Source: Gemmatimonas sp.
GTDB lineage: Bacteria > Gemmatimonadota > Gemmatimonadetes > Gemmatimonadales > Gemmatimonadaceae
Assembly: GCA_965279375.1 (NCBI GenBank)
Contig: OZ257156.1
Coordinates: forward strand, 2,176,001 to 2,240,000
Length of the DNA stretch: 64,000 nucleotides
Direction of reading: 5' to 3'
The position numbers were made by a program, and so were the translations under genes. Shown piece by piece: positions 58,074 through 64,000 of the stretch (positions are counted from its first letter, which is position 1; every line of letters begins with the position of its first letter). Under the pieces are notes generated by a model that ran no database searches, had not been told where the DNA came from, and saw nothing but the letters and a program-made list of their open reading frames with translations.

Positions 58074-60542
58074 ATGCCGATGACCGCCAGTCTCGCCCTC
58101 CTGCTCCAGCTCGCCGCCGCGGGTCGCCCTGCGACCGAGATCCGGCCGACGCTCGCCTTTCCCGAAGCCGGCCTCGACGACCCTGCCACCTACCAGGGCT
58201 ATCAGACCCGCTTTTACCGCGACGCGGCCCGAAACACGCTCCAGATCTATATAGATGAGCGCGCGGCTCGCGTCGTTCATCTTTGGGCGGACGCCGAGAA
58301 TGAATCCATCGGCTTCACCGCCCGACAGCCCGACGGCAGCACGGCCCCCCTTCGCTGGGATGGTGACGGCGCCACCCTCGCCGGTAGCGCGACCTCCCGG
58401 CGCCGGGCCCTCGAATACCGGCTGATCGCCGACGGACGCGCGATCCATCTGGGCTGGTTCCTCCTCGGCTCGATGCGGATCGAACGGGACTTCCAGTACG
58501 AGCAGCGCCAACGCGCGCCCTTCAGCGCGCCAGCGTTTCGTCTCCCCGAATTCGATCGCCTCGGGGTGGCACTGGGCTCGCTCGACACAGGGACCAGGCG
58601 CTTGCATCTCGCGGCGCTCCAGGCGCCGGATCTGGCGACGCTCGAGTCCCGGCGCCACCCGAGTATTCGCCAGCAGCAGGACGCCACGTGGTGGACCACC
58701 AGGATCACCCAGCCGTCGCTCGATGGGCGCGACACCATCTCGCTCGAGATCCGGGTTCGCCGCGCATTCGTGGACGCAGCTCAGCAGGGCGATTCGATCG
58801 TGCTGCGCGCGCGGAGCGGAGCTCAAGTTCCGTTCACGGTCAGCGTCAGCACCACGGGAGCGCCGCTCACGCCCTTGGCCCGACGGGACATCTTCTCCCC
58901 CGCCTTCCTCGCGTTCCTGGCCAGAACGCGCGCCGCTGCGCCCGACACCACGAGCGAGGCCGGACTCCGCGCCCGACGGCTCGAACGCCAGGTTCGCGGC
59001 GTCGAGCTGCTCTCGTCGCGCGAGAAGCTCATGGCGGGACTGCCGACCTACGCGACGTACTTCGGCCGCGACATGCTCATGAGCGCGCTCATGATGCGCG
59101 CGATCTGGCAGCCGGCCATGTCCGAAGCGGTCATTTCCGCAGCGTTGCGAAAACTCTCTCCCGCCGGAGAGGTCAGCCACGAAGAGGCGCTGGGCGGGCA
59201 AGCCGTGCGCGAGTCCGCGTCGGAGTACGCGACGCTCATCGAGGCGAGCAACGCCGCGCGCGCACGTGGCGCGACAGCTCTGTCCGACTCGCTGCGCAAC
59301 GTCGCGCGATCCGTGTTGCAGCAGGCACGGCGGACGCGCGAGAACTATCACATGATCGACGACGAATTCCAGCTCCCGGTTTTCGTTGCGCGCTGGATCA
59401 CCGAAAGCTCGATATCGGCAGCGTCCAAGCGCGCCTTCCTCCGCGCGAATGGCGGCGGTGCATCGCGCACGGTGCTGCTGTTGCGAGAACTTGCGCTCGT
59501 CGCGCGAATGACTGCGCCGTACGTGGCCAAGCCGTCTCCATCGTCGCTGATTTCGTTTGCGCCGCGCGACGTCATCGGGTGGGCCTCGCAGAGTTGGCGA
59601 GACAGCGGCGTGGGCTACGCGAGCGGCCGCTACGCGATGGACGTCAACGCCATCTGGGCTCCGCAGGCGCTCGAGGCGATCGCACGCATTCTGCCGGCCA
59701 TGCGCGCGCTCGGCGAGCCGATCGACGCACTCGTTGCGGCCGACAGCACACTCTCGCGCAACGCGACGTTCGTGTCGTGGCTGCGTCAGCCGTCGCTCGT
59801 CGATGCGGCAGCGCGCGTCTGGCGTGGCGCAGACCAACACTTTCTCGTGCGTCTCTCGCCCTCACAGCTACGCGACGGAATCCAGGCACGCCTCGCCGCG
59901 ATGCCGGCTGATGAACAGACGTACTGGCGTGCACGCGTTGCGGACACTGGCAGCGACAAGGACTCGCTGACATTCCTTGCGCTCTCGCTCGATGCAGCGG
60001 GCGAACCGATCGGCGTGGCCAACAGCGATCCGGCCACGCGGCTTTTTCTGGGTGAGCATGAAGGACAACCGGCATCGCTGCGTCCTGAGGACATCGCGAC
60101 CGGACTGCGAGACGCGCAGCTCTTTGCTCGGCCGTATCCCGCGGGGCTGCTGGTGGACGGCGTCGGTCCTGCCGTGGCCAACGATGCCTATGCCACGCCC
60201 GCGGTGTGGGACGCGTTCGTGAAGGACGCGTATCACGGGCCGCGTGTGGTGTGGGGGCGCGAGGTGAATCTGTTTCTGCTCGCGGCCGCTGAGCGCGTGC
60301 GGCTGGGCGAGCGCGCGCAGACACCGGAGGCGAAGGCATACGCGGCCGCGCTGCGCGACGCGATCACTGCGGTCAAGCGCGCCGTTGACGCGTCAGGATT
60401 TCACAGTGAGTTGTGGAGCTATGGCTTCTCCAACGGGACGCCCGGTCCGATCCGATACGGCAGCGGGGCGGACGTGCAGCTCTGGAGCACGACGGATCTG
60501 GCGGTGGCGTTTGCACTCTCGCGCATCGCGGCGACTCGCTAA
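58074..60542 (+). CDS. Six-hairpin glycosidase-like (glycogen-debranching-like) protein, family unassigned
   Basis: AG...Y.TYFGRD, GEVSHEE, YHMIDD, WRDS, YHG..VW, QLWS resemble (alpha/alpha)6 glycosidase motifs; signal-like N-terminus. Confidence 0.6.
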   Translation: MPMTASLALLLQLAAAGRPATEIRPTLAFPEAGLDDPATYQGYQTRFYRDAARNTLQIYIDERAARVVHLWADAENESIGFTARQPDGSTAPLRWDGDGATLAGSATSRRRALEYRLIADGRAIHLGWFLLGSMRIERDFQYEQRQRAPFSAPAFRLPEFDRLGVALGSLDTGTRRLHLAALQAPDLATLESRRHPSIRQQQDATWWTTRITQPSLDGRDTISLEIRVRRAFVDAAQQGDSIVLRARSGAQVPFTVSVSTTGAPLTPLARRDIFSPAFLAFLARTRAAAPDTTSEAGLRARRLERQVRGVELLSSREKLMAGLPTYATYFGRDMLMSALMMRAIWQPAMSEAVISAALRKLSPAGEVSHEEALGGQAVRESASEYATLIEASNAARARGATALSDSLRNVARSVLQQARRTRENYHMIDDEFQLPVFVARWITESSISAASKRAFLRANGGGASRTVLLLRELALVARMTAPYVAKPSPSSLISFAPRDVIGWASQSWRDSGVGYASGRYAMDVNAIWAPQALEAIARILPAMRALGEPIDALVAADSTLSRNATFVSWLRQPSLVDAAARVWRGADQHFLVRLSPSQLRDGIQARLAAMPADEQTYWRARVADTGSDKDSLTFLALSLDAAGEPIGVANSDPATRLFLGEHEGQPASLRPEDIATGLRDAQLFARPYPAGLLVDGVGPAVANDAYATPAVWDAFVKDAYHGPRVVWGREVNLFLLAAAERVRLGERAQTPEAKAYAAALRDAITAVKRAVDASGFHSELWSYGFSNGTPGPIRYGSGADVQLWSTTDLAVAFALSRIAATR

Positions 60543-60574
60543 CGGCGCGCGGCTGACTCGACACGCATTCGCTG

Positions 60575-62599
60575 CTAGCGCCGGCAGCACCAGAACTGGT
60601 ACATGCCGGCGAAGGTGTCGGGGTTCTCCGATTCGAACAGCTCCCAGCAGGCAAGGTTCGTGAGGGCATCTGCGGAAGCGTACTGGGCGCTGAAGCGTTG
60701 CCGGGTGCGCTGGTCGAGCTGAAAGCCGAGGAAGCGCAACGACAGCGACTCGAGTGCGTGCGCCAGCTCCGGTACGGTGTAGGTCCGCTCTTGCGGGTGC
60801 ATCACCAGATCGCGACAGCCACTGGTCGAGTAGAAGTCGAGAAACTGTGTGACCCCGTGCGCTGCGTGCTCGGATGGCAAGTCGAGAATGGCTTGCCGGC
60901 AGGCGCGAATGCCTGCTTCCGTTGGCGTGAACTGATGCGCGCGAACGAATTCGCGCGCCGCATCGACTGTGTGCCGCGCCCGCGTTGCATACAGTCCGAT
61001 CTTCATCACGCCGTCCGGCGCGAGTTGATCAAGGAGCTTGCGCCACCCCTCCAGCGGGTCCGCGAGATGGTGCAGCACGCCCGAGCAGGAAATGACATCG
61101 AATTGACGGCCCAACTGAGGCAGCAGCAGTAGGTCGGCCTGCGCAAACGACAAATTGCGCACGCCAAGTTCCGCCGCCTTGCGCGCGGCGTAGGCCAAGC
61201 TCGCTCGACTGAGGTCGATTGCCAGCACCTCTGCGTCGGCGAACTGCAGCGCGACCTGAATGGACTGTCGGCCTGTGCCGCCGCCCGCGACGAGCATCGT
61301 CGCCGGCTCTCCGAGGGCATCACCCGATCCGTCGGCGCCGCGCAGCTCGCGCATGAACGTCCGCGTCGCGACAACGCCGGGGCGTTCAATGCTGCGCCAT
61401 CGCGGATACGGATTCTCCTCGTACATCGCCTGCACGGTCATCGACACGTCGTTCGCGACAGCCGAGAGAGATGGCATGCTCTGCGCGAGCAGTGCCTCGC
61501 GCTCGCGATCCTCCACCTGTTCACGTACCAGCGCGGCGAACTCCGGTGGGCGTCCCTCGCTCTCGCTCGTGCTGTCGGCGCGCGTCAATGCGTTCTGTGC
61601 GTACGCCCATCCCGGCACTGTGTGCAACGGGGCGTAGCAGGCCGCGAGGACCAAGTCGAATCTACGCGATGCGTCATTCGCGTACGCCGACGAGTGTAGG
61701 CGCTCGAGCACGATCTCCAAGGCACGCTCCTCCGCCTCCGACACGTGCCACGCGTACTCGGTGTTGAAGCATTGCCGAGCGAGCGTGCAACAGAACGCAG
61801 CGAGATCTGCTGGCGGGACTGACCCCGTGTAGTTGGCTGCACGCCGCAACAGCATCGCGCGACGCACGTTGGTGAGGACACGTTCCATGCGCGCATTGGA
61901 CACCACGACGCGAGGCAGAATTGCGCGCAAGAGTGGATCGTCGATCAGCGCGGTCGTGGCGATCGTAGCGGTCTCGAATGGATCGCTCGCTGCGCGCGCG
62001 CACGTCTCGAGCTGCGCAAACGCGCTCGTGCTCATCGTCAGGCCGAGAACCGCGTCTGCGAGTAGCTGGGTGTCCAGCGATTCGTCGTGGCACAAGCGAA
62101 CCAGCACCGCGCGCACGCTGTCGCTGGCCGTGGTGAGCGCGACACCCTGCAACGCCGATACGACGAGACCGTGCAACTCCGAACGGTGCGGCTGTGCCGC
62201 GAGCACCTCGAAGAGCAGCGGAAGTGCGTCAGCGACGTTGCCGCGTGCGTGCCGGACGAGCGCCAGGTTGGTCGCAACATCCGTCGAGGTTGGCAGCAAC
62301 GCGCGCGCGCGCAGGAGGGAACGTTCCGCGAAGTCGAGCTGCCCGGTCATGCGATAGGCGTCGCCGAGCGTGTTGTGGAAGGCGCCCGAGTCGGGCCGTC
62401 TGGCCATCGCGCGCGTGACGAGGCGAATCGCTTCGTCGTGCTTGCCGCTTTGGTGCGCGATGAGACCGAGCAGATAGAGCGCGTCTGCCTGTCCGGCCTC
62501 CTGCTGCAGCACTCGGCGATAGCCCGCTTGGGCCTCGGTCAATCGACCAGCCTGATGATGCTGCAGCGCCTCTTGCAGGAGCGACTCGATGGCAGGCAC
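60575..62599 (-). CDS. TPR + class I SAM-dependent methyltransferase
   Basis: N-terminal TPRs; YEENPYPRW, LVAGGGTG, IDLS, GVLHHL motifs. Confidence 0.88.
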   Translation of the reverse strand: MPAIESLLQEALQHHQAGRLTEAQAGYRRVLQQEAGQADALYLLGLIAHQSGKHDEAIRLVTRAMARRPDSGAFHNTLGDAYRMTGQLDFAERSLLRARALLPTSTDVATNLALVRHARGNVADALPLLFEVLAAQPHRSELHGLVVSALQGVALTTASDSVRAVLVRLCHDESLDTQLLADAVLGLTMSTSAFAQLETCARAASDPFETATIATTALIDDPLLRAILPRVVVSNARMERVLTNVRRAMLLRRAANYTGSVPPADLAAFCCTLARQCFNTEYAWHVSEAEERALEIVLERLHSSAYANDASRRFDLVLAACYAPLHTVPGWAYAQNALTRADSTSESEGRPPEFAALVREQVEDREREALLAQSMPSLSAVANDVSMTVQAMYEENPYPRWRSIERPGVVATRTFMRELRGADGSGDALGEPATMLVAGGGTGRQSIQVALQFADAEVLAIDLSRASLAYAARKAAELGVRNLSFAQADLLLLPQLGRQFDVISCSGVLHHLADPLEGWRKLLDQLAPDGVMKIGLYATRARHTVDAAREFVRAHQFTPTEAGIRACRQAILDLPSEHAAHGVTQFLDFYSTSGCRDLVMHPQERTYTVPELAHALESLSLRFLGFQLDQRTRQRFSAQYASADALTNLACWELFESENPDTFAGMYQFWCCRR

Positions 62600-62820
62600 G
62601 TGCGACGTCGATGGAGGAGGTGGCGAAGTGCGACTTCGTGGCCGCGAGTCGGCGTGAGGCTGGATGGGTCGAGTGACCCAATCGCCTGCGACGCGGCCTC
62701 CGTAAGGTTGCCTGAGTCGTACGCCGGTTCTGTCAACAGGAATCGCAACAGGCGATGCAGAATGGTGGCGCGCAATCGGGCGCGAATCAACGCCGCATCG
62801 CAGGAATCTGGAGATGCGCT

Positions 62821-63723
62821 ATGACGTGGCTACGTCGCGTGGGAATGTTGTTCGTGGGAGTGCTCGTGCTCGCGCTGGCGGGCGCGGCGACAGTGTATGG
62901 AATGTCGGAGCGTCGGATGTCCGCGCGGTACACCGTAAAACCGGAATCACCGGTGCGTGTCATGGCGAGCGCGGAGCAGCTCGCGCGCGGCGAGCATGTC
63001 GCCAAGGCGCTGGCCAAATGTACCGACTGTCATCAACCCGACTTTGGCGGGGGCATGGTCGTCGACGCGAAGCCGATCGGTCGTGTGGAGGCAACCAATC
63101 TGACGATCGGAAAGGGCGGCGTGCTGTCGGGCTACGACGACGCGGCGCTGGAGCGCGCGATTCGCCACGGCATCGCCAGCGATGGGCGCAACCTCCTTAT
63201 CATGCCGTCCGCCGAGTACAACAACCTCGCCGACGACGACATCGCTGCATTGATCGCCTATCTGCGCTCGCTGCCGGGTGTGGACCGCGAACATCAGCCA
63301 GCGCGCATTGGTCCAGTGCTTCGTGCGCTGTGGGTGACTGGCAAGCTGGTGCCCGCACCCGCCGAGGAGATTCGTCACGATGCGCCGCACCGGGCCGTCG
63401 CGCCGAGGGGCAACTCCGTGGAGCACGGTCGCTACATCGCCAGTAACGGGTGTACCGGCTGTCATGGTACCGGCTTTTCTGGGGGCCCGATTCCCGGCAC
63501 ACCGCCGGATTGGAAGCCGGCGGCCAACATCACGCCGACGGGCATCGCGCACTACTCACTGGCAGACTTCGCCAGGATCATGCGCGAGGGCCGCCGTCCC
63601 GACGGGAGCGTGGTGGACACGTTGATGCCCATCAAGGCCACCAAGTTGATGAGCGACGAGGAGATCGAATCGGTTTACCGGTTCCTCAAGACGGTTCCGC
63701 CCAAGCCGTATGGCAACCGCTGA
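62821..63723 (+). CDS. Membrane-anchored dihaem cytochrome c (paralogue of 30683-31579)
   Basis: CTDCH and CTGCH; IMPSAE block shared with the paralogue; GGAG Shine-Dalgarno upstream. Confidence 0.88.
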   Translation: MTWLRRVGMLFVGVLVLALAGAATVYGMSERRMSARYTVKPESPVRVMASAEQLARGEHVAKALAKCTDCHQPDFGGGMVVDAKPIGRVEATNLTIGKGGVLSGYDDAALERAIRHGIASDGRNLLIMPSAEYNNLADDDIAALIAYLRSLPGVDREHQPARIGPVLRALWVTGKLVPAPAEEIRHDAPHRAVAPRGNSVEHGRYIASNGCTGCHGTGFSGGPIPGTPPDWKPAANITPTGIAHYSLADFARIMREGRRPDGSVVDTLMPIKATKLMSDEEIESVYRFLKTVPPKPYGNR

Positions 63724-63741
63724 GCGCCGTCGACGACCCAT

Positions 63742-64000
63742 CTACTGATTGCTGTGCAGGCGGGCGCGCACGGCGCTGACGAAGCGCTCGGCGTCGGCGG
63801 GCGCGAAGTGCGCGAGAAACGGGACGTTGTTCTCCTTCATGTCCACGAAGGAGAGGACGGGCTTCTTCCGGTACTCGAAGACGATGGTGTTCTTCTCGTA
63901 ACGAGCGTCCTTGAGATCCGCGATCGGGAATCCGCGCGCGTTGTCGAACACGACGCTGAGTCCTGCGCTGACTGACTTCTTGACGATGCCCTCGATCATT
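63742..64000 (-). CDS. Hypothetical protein, C-terminal part only
   Basis: Open frame to the window edge with typical GC-rich third positions; no recognisable motif. Confidence 0.55.
   Translation of the reverse strand, partial: MIEGIVKKSVSAGLSVVFDNARGFPIADLKDARYEKNTIVFEYRKKPVLSFVDMKENNVPFLAHFAPADAERFVSAVRARLHSNQ

Overview
GC-rich bacterial chromosome window. Gene content (SusC/SusD pair, many secreted hydrolases, BLUF, DinB) suggests a Gemmatimonadota-like organism; this is inference, as no marker gene is present. 1-6.6 kb is an accessory/defence segment: type I R-M genes (hsdR, partial hsdS), an L,D-transpeptidase-like DUF5675-type ORF and an unusually long LpxR-like outer-membrane protein. 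7-35 kb holds mixed genes: M20 amidohydrolase, phosphoesterase, phytase, PQQ dehydrogenase, EVE, BLUF, queD, GH16, a membrane-anchored CHAT protease, an Xre-RES toxin-antitoxin pair, a two-component system and a HAD hydrolase behind an attenuator-like leader. 35-60.5 kb is a ~25 kb alpha-glucan/trehalose utilisation-type locus: susC, susD, two FG-GAP/ASPIC-UnbV lipoproteins flanking a vanadium-haloperoxidase/PAP2-type enzyme, two GH13 amylases, an oppositely oriented GH100-like + P-loop kinase pair, MFS transporter, trehalase and a divergent six-hairpin glycosidase-like gene. This locus is the best candidate for an undescribed system. Two long intergenic palindromes share a short core motif. 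No tRNA, rRNA, CRISPR array, integrase or transposase was recognised. All family calls are from motifs read by eye, not database searches.
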